Source: Squalus acanthias (taxonomy: Eukaryota). Taken from it: a stretch of DNA of 64,000 nt. Numbering within the stretch: position 1 is the first letter of the stretch; every line of letters starts with the position of its first letter. The notes beneath the pieces were generated by a model. That model did not search any database. It was not told the origin of the DNA and saw nothing but the letters and a program-made list of their open reading frames with translations. A program made the translations under genes and the position numbers. The stretch lies in assembly GCA_030390025.1 (NCBI GenBank), contig CM059431.1, positions 132,186,001 to 132,250,000 of the forward strand. Direction: 5' to 3'. Positions 12,350-24,760 of the stretch are shown piece by piece.

Positions 12350-14387
12350 AAAGACCCTATTTAAATCCCGACTGTCCAATTGGAACAGGGTAGGTGGGTG
12401 GCTAAAATAGCAGTAACGCTATGTGTTCCTGACACAGTACCACTGGCCGACATTTTAACCGTGTAGTTTTTTGATTTAGGACAGGCATCTTCTATAGGCA
12501 GTCCGGGGCCTCATGAGTATATTAAAATCAGGGTCCTATGATCCTGTTTTAACTAAAAATCATTGAAGTCCTGCCCAATGCCTTATCCATCAGTAAAGCT
12601 GGCAAGATTGGTGTCTCAGAGCCACTGAACCTGTATTAAAAGAGGCACTCAGCTCATAGTGGATCATAGGATCTTTTTGCAGTCTGGTTTGTCAGGAGAA
12701 TTTTCAACTTCCAGATCACTTCTTTTGCACTTTTATTTGCCTTATCACTCTCATTAAGATTTCTGAGCTTATCATGGGCGCTATTATTGCTAGTTTCACT
12801 TGGACGGAGGAACACTTAGAAGAGGAGGAACAGCAACCTCAACAACCAGCATCAGCAGCAGCTGGGCCTATCAGAAGACAGCAAGTGAGCAGGTTGCTCG
12901 TAGGAGGCCATACTCAGCACACAGGGTCTACAGGCCAAGAGTCACTTTCTTGGATCTATCTGAAAAGCAATGTCTCAGGAGGATGCATTTCTCCAATCAG
13001 GCTGCTCCAGACCTCTGCAGCCTCCTGCAACAGGACTGGCTGCCTGCTTGACCAAGGGAGCACGCTTTGCCAGTCACTGTGAAACTCACCACAGCCATTA
13101 ACTTCTTTGTCAATGACTCCTTCTAGTCCGCTACAGGGGATATTAGCTGCATCTCCCACTCTGCAGTACGCAGCTGTATTATGCAGGTCACCGACACCCT
13201 GTTCGCCAGGGCTGACCAGCTTTCCCACTGACTTCAACAATCAACCGGAGAGAGTTTGGAGATTTGCAGCAGAGGCTGGCCACGTGATGGGCGTCATTGA
13301 CTGCACACATGTTGCCATCAGTGTACCAGCGCACCAGCTAGCAACGGTCATCAATAAAAAAAGGCTACCACTCCATTAATGTCCAGCTAGTGGCCAGTCA
13401 CAGAAACAGGATTACAACAACAACTTGTATTTATATAACGCCTTTAACGTAGTAAAACATCCCAAGGTGCTTCACAGGAGCGTTATCAAACAAAATTTGA
13501 TGATGCAAGTTTATGAACCCAGGCAGTTGTCATGACATATTTATCCTACGATAGCCTACCATCTCCCCACAAAATGATATTCTCCCAGGAATGTGGTAGG
13601 CTGGATGCTCAGGGACAAGGAATACCCATTTCAGACATGGCTCCAGGCACCTCTCTGCAACCCCAGCACACCAGAGAAACACAGCTATAATCAACGCCAG
13701 GGGACTACCAGGATCATTACTGAGCACACCATAGGGCTGCTGAAACAGAGGTTCACGCCCCTCGATAGGTCTGGGGGCTCCCGACAATATTCTTCATGAA
13801 GAGTCTGCAGACTGCACAACCTTGCCATATAGAGAGGCCTGCATTTTGAGGAGGCACAGCAGCAGCAGTCCTCAGACAAGGAAGACCAGGGGAGTGTGAG
13901 GAAGCAACAGAAGAAGGAGGTCCACCTCAACGCCTTGCAGCAAGAGATGTGCAGAATGAGTTAACTTCTCAACAATTCCACTTACCTGCTCATTCCCCTG
14001 CCCTCAAAACGTACACAGAACCCCGCAATGTACTTGTAACATTCTGCATCACTTCCTAGGACCACCAGGAAGGGGGCAACCCTTCAACTCATCTCTGCTT
14101 CAAAAATTTGTTCCACAGTGCGTCAAAGAAAAATCAATGTGGGAACTGCAAACTCACTTTAAGAGGTGCATAACCACTTTAAATAGACCTCAAAAGTCAT
14201 GCCAGAAATTACGTGCACCATTTGGGAGGACTGCCCGATTCCCAATGTGATTGGGAGGGTAGCCCATCAGTCAAATAGAAATGAAGCCCAGGAGTTAAAA
14301 TGGCCCGAGACTCACGCCGACAATGCCATGGGGTGACGCTCCGTCCCGCCCTGCCCGCCAATTCACGCCCCAAGTTGAAATTGGGGC
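12350..14387 (+). mobile_element. Degenerate PIF/Harbinger element with nuclease pseudogene (about 12774-13990)
   Basis: Frameshifted pieces RRPYSAHRVYRPRVTFLDLSEKQCLRR, GVIDCTHVAI, GWMLRDKEYP, TRIITEHTIGLLKQRF. Right end GAAATTGGGGC. The left boundary is approximate. Confidence 0.75.
13414..13500 (-). mobile_element. Short L2-type/SINE 3' tail inserted in the Harbinger relic
   Basis: (ACA)n followed by CTTGTATTTATATAACGCCTTTAAC...CCCAAGGTGCTTCACA, an L2-like tail recognised from memory. Confidence 0.5.
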
Positions 14388-15911
14388 TATAATTTATTAA
14401 CATCAAATGGATGCTATGTGTGAATGGATGGCATAATCACCCAAAACGTGCGCATTATTCTCCAAGTAACCCCAATCTCAGCCATGATGAAGCATTGAGA
14501 AGACACTGACTCGATGGGCTGAATGGCCTCCTTCTGTGCCATTATGACTCTATGACAGCCCCGAAATGTACAGCAGGAGTTACACATCAGCTTCACTGTA
14601 ACTGGAGTGGTACTCTACTCTGACACAGTGTGACATGTGGTTGCAATAACAGCCTATGCAGACTATTCAGTCACAGTACTGGATGAGAACCTAGTATTTT
14701 TTATTCCTATGAGCAGCATAGTAACACCTATTAGCTGAATCACATTCAAAATTGGTGTTACTATGCTGCTCATATGAAGGAAGTTTTCAAAGAAAGCCCG
14801 CTGAAAAATAACAAGCTACTCCAAAAATAACACTGTACTCCGTAGTTTCTTTCCTTCAAAAATTCCCAAATAAATATTGACTGTTGCTGGAACCAGTCCA
14901 CTTGGGCAAAGATGTTATGATATCTGGCTGAAGTTTTCTGCTCTTCCAACACAGTGACATCTGGAAACTCCTTGTTGCAGATTTGCACATTCTGTTATCT
15001 AAGATTGCACACCAAGGGATGTAATAACACTTGCTACAATGCAGCTTGGCTCATTTTCAGACCTGATGTATGTAGCACTGTGAATTCTGTGCAATATACA
15101 TTTCCTTGAAGTAACTCCCAAAGAGCTGAACTTTGCACCTTGTCTAATACCAAGATACCACATCATGTTGAACATTTACCTCCTGAATGCCTTAATTTTA
15201 AGAATGAATAAAGGTTATTTGAATAAATTACTATAGATCAGAACAATCTCGAGTACTCTGCAAATTGAAAAGTGTGTTGGATAACTACATCTCTAATGTG
15301 TGCTGATGAAGTCTATTCACCAGCTCCACTCTGGTCAGGTTGATCCCAATGTCACCCTGACTATCTCATACAGAGCAAGACATATGGTTGTGATAATGTG
15401 CCATATATTTATTCCAGATTCAGTGGTAGTAGTGGATGAGGACTTGACTGTTAATCATTCACACTGGCAGTAAGTTGACCCTATCGTGGTCTGTATAAAT
15501 ATAAATCTCTAACTGTTCTACATTCAATCTCTAACATCGCCCCCCTACCCCCATTTAGACGAGAAGGGCTCATCTACAGGCGCATTCTCTGATAAAACCA
15601 TGCTAGTAACCTCAATTTCCATTGCAAAGACAATTTAAATGAATTGTCACTGCAGAATATTAGCTTTCCAATGCTGACTGGCTGAAAAGTCAGTTACTTG
15701 GTTGAAAATGTTTGTTTAATGGCTGCTATGTGCTTCAGATTGTCTTTTATTAGCAATTGGATCAGTGACTGATGTTGCACAGCAGAATTCTACCTATTTG
15801 AATGTTCCTAAAAATAAAGGAAAGCTTAGTAAGCTCCTTTTTTCCTTCTTTTCTCAAGACTGAAATTATATAATTGGGTCCACAAAAAGCTATCTGCCTA
15901 TTTATTATCTT

Positions 15912-17203
15912 TAGAATCATAGGCCGGAATTTTGTTCGGGGAGGCGGGTTGGGGGTGGGAAACCCAGGAGGCCGGGTTTCCCGCAGGCCCTGCCGATTTT
16001 ACTGGCAGGGCCTAATTTGAATGTGATGCCTGTGTTACTCGCCCGCAGCCAGCCAGCTTGAGAGGCTGGCTGGCTGAGGATGGGTAAGCCTCAGTTGCAA
16101 GGGATCGGTCCAGTGGAGGGATCGGCAGGAGGGGGTTCGGGGATCGTGGGGGGGGGGGGGAATTGGGGATCACGGGGGGTGGCCAGGGATCAGGAGGGGC
16201 CGGAGGATCGTGGCTGGCCTCATTATCATCGTTGAGGGGGGGAGGCCTGGGACTGCGATCGGAGGCCTGGTGAGGGGGTCTCTGATTGTGGGGGGTGGGT
16301 TAGGCAGGGACCCTGGATCCAGGAGGTAGGTATAAAGCCACTTACCCCCTGGATGCAGCAGTCCCCGCCTCTGTTTCACTGCCAGGTTTCACGAATTGTG
16401 TGAGACCCGTCCACAGGCAGTTTCTTTCAAAATGGAGGGGAAAATAGAGGCTTCTAGCCTTATTACAATATTTAAATTGAGGTACCGCCCGCTCCCATCC
16501 CGCTTCCGGGGAAACCGGAAGTGGGCGGATGGGAGCGGGATCAGGTCGGGATTCACATTTTTAACAATTGAACTGCCCCACGCTCCAAACCCACCCGTTT
16601 TTTGGGGACAATTCCGGCTGCACAGAAGGAGGCCATTCGGCCCATCGTGCCTGTGATGGCTCTTTGAAAGAGTTATCCAATTAGTCCCACTCCCCTGCTC
16701 TTTCCCTATAGCCCTGCAAATGTTTCCTTTTTAAGTATTTATCCAATTCCCTTTTGGAAGTTACTATTGAATCAGCTTCCACCATCCTTTCAAGCAGTGC
16801 ATTCCAGATCACAACAGCTCGCTGCGTTAAAAAAAACCTCCTCATCTCCCCTCTGGTTCTTTTGCCAGTTGTCTTAAATTGTGTCCTCTGGTTACCAACC
16901 CTTCAGCCAGTGGAAACATTTACTCCCTATCTACTCTATCAAACCCCTTAAAATTTTGAACACCTCTATTAGATCTCCCCTTAACCTTCTCTTCTCTAAA
17001 GAGAACAACCCCAGCTTCTCTAATATCGCCATTAAACTGAAGTCCTTCGTCCCAGGTACTATTCTAGTAAATCTCCTCTGCAACCTCTCTGAAGCATTGC
17101 CATCCTTCCTAAATTGTGGTGCCCAGAATTGGACACAGTACTCCAGCTGTGGCCTAAACAGTGATTTATAAAGGTTTAGCATAACTTCCTTGATTTTGTA
17201 CTC
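15912..17203 (-). mobile_element. CR1 3' fragment, interrupted by a MITE
   Basis: ORF 16931-17182 LYKSLFRPQLEYCVQFWAP...LRGDLIEVFKI. 3' UTR at 16620-16900. Confidence 0.85.
15922..16619 (+). mobile_element. GC-rich MITE (family M2), complete copy
   Basis: Ends GGCCGGAATT and AATTCCGGC. Internal homology to 17205-18110 (inverted) and 18685-19675. Confidence 0.65.
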
Positions 17204-17204
17204 T

Positions 17205-18110
17205 GGGGGGGAATTTTAACCTAAAATAACTGGTGGGTTGGGGGCAAGTTACAGTGTTAGAAATCTGAATCCTGATCTGAACCTGCCTCCAACCCGCCCA
17301 CGAGCCAATTCACTGCCAGGAGGTTGGTTGTATATTTAAATATTATAATGAGGCTGGAAGCCTCTGCTTTAATCTCCATTTTGAATTTAGTTTTAGCTGG
17401 TCGGGTTTTGCAGGCCTCGTGAAAGCCACCAGCTTATGCAAGGAGAGGACTGCTGGATCCAGGAGGTAAGTGCCTTTACACTTACCTTCTGGATCCAGGG
17501 TCCCTACCTAACCCACCCCCCACAATCGGAGACCCCCCCATGAGGCCTCCGATCCCCCTCCCTCCGGCCTCCAATTCCCCCCCCCCCCCGAGGCCTCCAA
17601 TCCCCACAACGAGGCCTCTGCACCCCCATGCTTCTCCAGCCCTCTCATGTCGACCTCCCCCCCCACCACCCCGCTCCCGCACGTCCTCACCTCCCCCCCA
17701 CCCCGCCACCGTACCTCCAGCCGTGAATTTTTTCCGGCCTCCCCGTACTCCTTCCGCCCCGCCCTCCCCCGATCGATTCATCTTCCCCTCCCCGTGCTAC
17801 TCCCAGCCCCGATCTCTTCAGACTCCCCCCCCCCCCCACCCCCGTGCTCCTCCCGGCCCCGATCTATTCAGACCCCACCCCCCATGCTACTCCCGGTCCC
17901 TGATCTCTTCAGACCCCCCACCCGTGCTGGTCCCAGTGCCCGATCACTTCACATTCCCCCCCACCCACCGTGCTGGGCTCGGCACTTGATCATTTCCGAT
18001 CCCGCCACCCCGCTGCTCCAGCCAACCCCCGGCCCCCACACGATCCCTCCCTCCCACCTCTCTGCTGCCTAGAACCAGCCAGCCTCTCAATCTGGCTGGC
18101 AGCAGGTGGC
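17205..18110 (-). mobile_element. GC-rich MITE (family M2), inverted partial copy with C-rich repeats
   Basis: Starts GGGGGAATTTTAAC. Reverse-complement homology to 15922-16619, including the CTGGATCCAGGAGGT palindrome. Confidence 0.6.
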
Positions 18111-18187
18111 AAACAGATGTTGGACTGGGGTGGACAAATGTGAGAAGTCGCACAACACCAGGTTATAGTCCAACAGCTTTATTTGAA

Positions 18188-18226
18188 ATCACAAGCTTTC
18201 GGAGCGCTGCTCCTTCGTCAGGTGAT
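18188..18226 (-). ncRNA. Minimal type-I hammerhead ribozyme (orphan Penelope-type tail fragment, about 18138-18226)
   Basis: Minus strand reads ATCAC CTGACGA A GGAGC AGC GCTCC GAAA GC TT GTGAT. Stems I and II are perfect, the CUGANGA/GAAA core is intact, and stem III is the palindrome AAGCTT. Confidence 0.85.
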
Positions 18227-18562
18227 ATTGATGGTGGCGTCCTCCATTGGCGTGTACCTTTGCAAGGTGATCACACTCCTCCCTGGTCCCTCCAGTCTCC
18301 TTTCTATTGTGTGCCAGTGGATAAATATTTTTAAAAGTAGGTATTTTAAAAGTGCACGGGAATGGGACTAAGTGGATAGCACTTTGAGGCCAGGCATAGG
18401 TGCGATGGGTCAAATGGCTGCCTCCTGTGCTGTAAAACTCTATCATTTTAAATGTTTCTATGTCCAGTGTAAGAAAACCCTGCTTACAACACGATCTTAG
18501 TGCCAAATGTTTTCTCCTTTCTCCAACTTTATTGAATGATTCTTCATTAAACCACTAATACA

Positions 18563-18680
18563 AATGGCAAAATACTGCGGATGATGGAAATCTGAAATAT
18601 AAACAGAAAATGCTGGAAACACGCAACAGGTCAGGCAGCATCTGTGGAGAGAGAAACAGAGTTACTGTTTCAGGTCTGTG
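18563..18680 (-). mobile_element. Penelope 3' tail fragment
   Basis: Matches 8632-8740 and the reverse complement of 34935-35015. An oppositely oriented piece lies at 19676-19745. Confidence 0.7.
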
Positions 18681-18684
18681 AGGT

Positions 18685-19675
18685 AACAGGTTTTAACCAA
18701 GAACAGAGACAGGGAAAGCGGGGTGGAGTGGGGTGGGGGGAAGTGAAGAAAGGAAGACAAGGAATATCGGAGACTCCGTAGGATCGGGGAGCGGTACATG
18801 GAAGGTCGGGGCCTCTGTGGGATTGGGGGCTGGGAACATGGAAGATCGGGGCCTCCGTGAGATCGGGGGGCGGAGACAAGGAAGATCGGGACCTCCATGG
18901 GATCGGCAGTGGGGATGGACATGGAAGATCGGGGCCTCCGGAGGATCGGGGGGGGGGGGACATGGAAGATCAGGGCCTCCGGAGGATCGGGGGGGGGGGA
19001 GGGGGCATGGAAGATCAGGGCCTCCGAAGGATCGGGGGGGGGGGGGGGACATGGAAGATCGGGGCCTCCGAAGGATCGGGGGGGGGGACATGGAGGATCG
19101 GGGGGGGGTGGGACATGGAGGATCGGGGCCTCCGGAGGATCGGGGGGGGGACATGGAGGATCGGGGCCTCCGGAGGATCGGGGGGGGGACATGGAGGATC
19201 GGGGCCTCCGGAGGATCGGGGGGGGGACATGGAGGATCATGGCCGGCCTCAGGATCATTGTGGGGGTTGGGGGATCCAGGAAGGCGATCGGAGGCCTCGT
19301 GATGAGGTCTCTGATCGCAGGAGATGGGCTAGGCAGAGACCCTGGATCCAGGAGGTAGGTGTAAAGGCATTTACCTCCTGAATACACACAGTTCTCACCT
19401 TGCTGTAACTGCTGGGTTTTACGAAGTGTGTAAAACCCGACCAGCCACAGTTAAAAACAAAATGGTGGTTAAAGAAGAGGCTTCCAATATTTCATTAAAA
19501 TATTTAAATTAATGTCCCGCCTCCTGGCAGCGGGTTGGCTGCCCGCCCCTCTCCCGCCTCTGTTAAAACTGGAAGTGGGCGGGTTGGAGGCTGGTTCAGG
19601 TCGGGATTCCGATGTTTAACAATTTAACTACCCCCACGCTCCAAACCCACCTGTCTTTTCAGCTTAAAATTCCCC
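18685..19675 (+). mobile_element. GC-rich MITE (family M2) copy with an expanded minisatellite
   Basis: 19240-19675 is homologous to 16200-16619 and ends TTAAAATTCCCC. Confidence 0.65.
18780..19240. repeat. G-rich minisatellite, unit about 37-45 bp
   Basis: About 11-12 units of ACATGGA(A/G)GATCGGGGCCTCCGGAGGATC(G)n with variable G-run length. Confidence 0.9.
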
Positions 19676-20716
19676 AACTCTGTCTCTCTCCACTGATGCT
19701 GCCTGACTGGCTTAGTATTTCCAGCATTTTCTGTTTATACTTCATTAAACCACTTTGGGATGTCAGAAGCACTTCTGATGGAATCATTAAACATCAAAAA
19801 AAAATCCCCAAACCTGCGGCATTCTAGAAAGATTGCATGAATAAAAGTGCTCAATAGTAGTTCAAAATTTCATATTATTCTCAGAGCTTTGCTGCTCTTT
19901 TCTCATTTTCTGACATTGAAGCTGTATACCAGTCTGCCTGGAGCTCTTGTGAGTGCTGGATCGTTCACACACATCATGAAATCAGGTGGTAATGCGCTAT
20001 CACAGCCTGTATTCCTGTTTTCAGATTCTGTGCACTTATGTTTTTTTGTCAGTTCTGAAATGTACCTGAGTTCAGTAAATCTCCCTGGACCCCATTCAGT
20101 AATTCTGATCCATACATGTTGATGCCTTTGAGCCTGAAAGGAGTTTTGACTGGTTTGTGCCATTCCTAATCTCAACTGTTCCCTCACGGAGAAGCTTCGA
20201 CTGCCGGGCATTTCCTTGTGAGCTGATGGAAAATTGACAATGTGACCACCTAAGCTTTTCTCATGGACCTTGTGTTTGTCAGTTATAAAGTGGCAGTCTG
20301 CCTCCATCAGCCCAAACTATCGGATAATACACATTCCCCATCCACCCACTTCCGAAATTGAGGACGGTGAATGACATGAGTAATATTACACTTCGGCCTT
20401 TCTCTGAACTATCTTTATTTGTATCCATAGCAGTATCCAGAGGCAGACCTGAATAACCTACGATCGAAAATTTACATTATTCTGTGTGCCGTGAATGGGT
20501 TAGTGTGCCACAAGATTAACAATTTCCTTTGTTTAACTGAAATATTTCACACTACAAGTTGTACAAATTGCCCTCCCCCCGCGCTTCTTTCCATTTCTTC
20601 TATGTTAAAACTAAACATCCAATTTATTTATAAGATACAGTTACACAGAAAAAGAAGGAGTACAGCAGAATAAGTAGCACTTATACATTGCTTTAAATGG
20701 TGTTGAAAATAATGAA

Positions 20717-21441
20717 GGCCCCGATATTTACGAGGAGGTGGGGCGGTAGTGTGGGGGAAACCCTGGCAAGGCCGGGGACGCGGAAGCCTGCCGACTTTAA
20801 TGGCAGGACCTCATTATGACTTTTTGATTCCATTTCTCGCCCGGCAGCCTTCACATTGACAGGCTGGCTGGCTGCCAGGCGGGAAGACCAGCGATCCTTG
20901 GGAACGGTCTCTGGCAATAGGGAGGGGGGAGGGAGCAAGAGATCGGGGCTTGTGGCGGGGTGGAGGAGAAGCCATTGCGGGAGGGAGGGACAGATTGGAT
21001 TGGGTGGTGGAGAGAGGCCATCACAAGAGGGAGGGAGCAAGAGAACGGGGCTGGAGGGGGGGGAGGGAGAGGTTGTGATCGGCAGAGGGGAGGCTGGAGG
21101 TTTGCTTGAGGGGTCGGGGGGAGCACTCCTGCACCTCATGGCCCACAAGGAGTGCTGTAAAGGCACCTACTTTCCTGAGCTGGCAGCTCCCGCCTCCCTT
21201 TTACTGCCGGTTTCCCGAGCCCTGGGAAACCTGCGTGGCAACTGTTACATTTAAATCAGGCTCCAAATTGCACTGTGGATGCCGGATTTAAATATATTAA
21301 TGAAATGTCCCGCTTCTTGACGGCAGGAGACTCTCACGTCACGAAACCTACCACCATAAAAATGGCAACGGCGTGTACACGGCATGTTGGGGAATCGTTC
21401 CCTGTTGTTTTCATTTTTAACCCCGCCCCCCGATAAATCCA
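20717..21441. mobile_element. GC-rich MITE-like element
   Basis: Starts GGCCCCGATATTTACG. A related terminus CGTAAATATCAGGGCC occurs at about 37325-37340. Subterminal motifs are shared with the other MITEs. Confidence 0.45.
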
Positions 21442-24099
21442 TTTTTCCTTTTCACGTCAATTGCAGCCTTCTAACTTTGATAGGTTTCATGTTTGCTTTT
21501 AACACCCAAATCGTCTGGAATAGAGAACCAACATTTATGACTATTCTACATCTGCAAGCCTGGCATACACCCAACACTTCAAAGCCAGCAGAAAATTTAT
21601 GATGCAATTAACATGCACTGACCAACCACGATATATATATATATCCCTAGACAATATTGAGTATTACTTTAACTCGTTTCCATCCTATACAAAGACAAAA
21701 TCCTTCCTTTCAGAAAGCAGCTAACACAGTTTGATTTTAAATTCACAATATATTGGCCTATCTAAAATTTCACTTGAAGAAGATATAATACAGACATTTT
21801 TACACTTTGAAGTAAGATGAAGCCCTGCTTCAGTGACAAAGCAATTGAAAAAGGTATTTTTCAAATGCCAGGGGAGAAATAATAATGCAAATAAATTGAA
21901 ACAAAAGATAAGCAATTTAAAATCAACAATGTATTTTTTTCTGCGGTTGTTCTTCTCTCAGATAGGTAGCTGAATTTGTGAACTATGCATAATGAAATGG
22001 TCTATTCAGAATTCTGGTAAAGCAATTTACAAGTGGGATCAGTAGTTAATTTCACTCTCTTCCTATCCAAACAAAGCAAACACAGCACAGCCAGCTCAAA
22101 GAGTTGTATGCAAGCAGTTCACAGAAAGTAACTATACAGGATTTCCCAGAGGTCACCAGTTACAATCTAACCCTTAATATGCTCAGAAAGATATAAGGAC
22201 TAACAATGACCTCCATGGAGCATATAAATCTGCTTTAGTAGAAGAGAAAGAGATGGTTGTCAGCTAAGCATATTGTAAAATTCACGGAGCGATGGTGTCA
22301 TGTAATCAACTGGGAGACAAGAATTTATTCAGGGTATTTTGTTCATCCATGTTTGCTGGTGTGCTGTATGAAGGGATGTTACAAGAGAGTCTTAAGCTTT
22401 TTAAAAATAGTGTACTGCAACCTGTTTAAAAATGAGTCTGACCATCAGTACGCTTCTTTAAAATCAAAGTTAGCAGCTCCCTCGGATAGCCCACCTAGTT
22501 CAGACACATCAGGCTTCAATGTTAACTGTCCCCACCTGCCGGAAACCAGACGGAGGGGGCAGTTAAGATAACGGGTGTCAGTTACCCTCCCGATCACGAG
22601 CCTGGAGCTTATGATCCACTGTCCCAGTGTCCCAGTGATCAAGGGGTTGAATTTTCGCAGAGGTTCTCTGGATTGTCCGCTGTTACAATGAACGATCAGG
22701 AGAACTCCCACGGAAATTAATGGTGCCAGTTTTATTTTAATCAAAAAGTATATTTTTTCCTTTAAATATATATTTGCAGGGTTATTTGACACTCTGCAAT
22801 CAGTCCCAGCACTATACACTCTCAAATTGGGTGTGTTGCATGGGTTCGATGCAAGATAAAGCTCTTAACCCCAACCCTTTTTTCATTTCTCACATCAACT
22901 GTCCCTGCGCCCTTCCTGAATGAGACTGACAGTTTCATAATAATTGGTACTATGGGCCCACACTCAATAGGGACTGGGTTTATTCTGCCCAAACTGAATT
23001 TACATAGGACTCTTCCAGTCAATAAAGAGAAGAGACTTTAACCTTTTCAGTCTGGCCTGAACTAAAACTCGTAACTCGGAGATAAAAGGAAATTCACTGC
23101 ACCACCGAGTTTCCCCAAATTTTACTTTTGATGTTTGTATCATCTGAAATCAAATCCTTGCCCTCTTCACTATTCTGCAATAAATTTTTAATCAAACCTT
23201 TTGAAATCATCTCTTAAACGGAGCTGTCATGTCTATCACCCCCACTCCATACACACAGTGATTGGATAAAAATAGTTGCTGAGCTTCCATTACATCCTAC
23301 TACATGTCTTTAGTATTCTTTGAAAATGCTCTCTTATGCACAAACTACTAAATTAACCATTGTAACCAAGGGGTACAAGCATACTTTATGCTATGTTCTT
23401 ATTTTCAAATGTTCACTGTACTGGAAGGCTGTTCAGATCAAATTTTGTTAAAATAATTTCTTGTCCCTATGTTAAATAGCAATACATTTTCAGTGCCTCC
23501 TCCACCCGCTCAGTTTGATTGCCCTTTGTGCACTGCCACCAATGCATCCTTGCTGTTGTACAGTGAGCAGTACTCCAAGTGAGGTCTTGCCACTTCTGTG
23601 TACAGACTCGCTGTCACCTCCTGGGATTTGTGCTCTGTCCTTCTAGCTGTATATCCCAAGATCCGGTTAGCTTTCCTTGTGCCACACACTGTGCTTTTGG
23701 CTTCAGTGGGATATTCACCAATACTTCCGTATCCTTCTCCTGTGTTGTGTCCTGTAGCCTAGAGCCACTGTTGTAGAAATTGGATTGTGCCACGTCCGTT
23801 TTTCAGGCGTGCACGGAATTGCGCACCCACCATACTTGATTGGGCTCCTCCGTAGGCATCCAGGGTGTACGCTGGAACTATTCAGAATGCTCATTATAAT
23901 ATTAAAATACCCTACACTGGTTGTAGGATCCTTTTGTGAAACTTGTCTGCCCCAGCACCTTACTTAACAAGTGATAACCTCTCCCAGCAACTCATGGTGC
24001 CAACAGTCAACAAGGATCCTTCAGGAGTGCTATTTAAAGGTTCATCCCCTCCATACAGGTTAGTTGGTTGTTTGTCCCATTAGGCTTCTAGACAATTTC

Positions 24100-24760
24100 A
24101 GGACCAAGCGAAGCAGGATGAGAGAGCACTAGGCTACGCATGCATTTCAGGCTTCCCCATAGTGCAAAGGGTCATAGACTGCACTCACATTGACCTTCAT
24201 GTACCCCATCACCAGCCTGACATCTTTCTCAACAGAAAGGGATACCACTCCCTCCACATCTAGCTTATTTAATAACACAGACAGCACATAATACAGATCT
24301 GTGCCTGGTTTCCTGTAAGCAGCCATGTTTCACTCATCTTGCGGCGGCTCTCTGTCCCACTTCTATTCTGACCAGACCGTTAGGTCACAGGCTGGCTACT
24401 TGGCAACATGGAATATCTCCTCCAGACATGGCTCATGACTCAGGTAAGGAACCCAGGCAGAGAAGTCCAACAATGCTATGCCGCCACCAGAAATTTCACT
24501 GATCAAACCATCGGCATGCTCAAACGATGGTTCCTCTGCCTGAACCGTTCGGGAGGCGCTCTCCAGTACACCTTACTGTGTCTCCACATTTGTCATCTGT
24601 GCTGCACGCTGCATAGTTTTTCAATACAGAGGAACTAGCCCTTACCACCACCTGGGCAGGAAGAAGTGGTGGAAGAGGAAGAGCAGGATCAGCATCACGC
24701 CAGTCTCCCAAGCTGCCAGAGCTCTTAGAGAGCAACTGATACAAGAACGCTTTATCTGAA
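24100..24760 (+). pseudogene. Degenerate Harbinger (HARBI1-like) nuclease fragment
   Basis: GFPIVQRVIDCTHI at about 24151, GWLLG at about 24390, ATRNFTDQTIGMLKRWFLCLNRSGGALQY. Confidence 0.75.

Noticed and set aside
17482..19387. Pro/Gly-rich ORFs (extensin- or collagen-like)
   Set aside because: They are artefacts of G/C-run minisatellites, which are open in nearly all frames.
22445..22825. Host coding exon
   Set aside because: There is no recognisable domain and no convincing paired splice sites.
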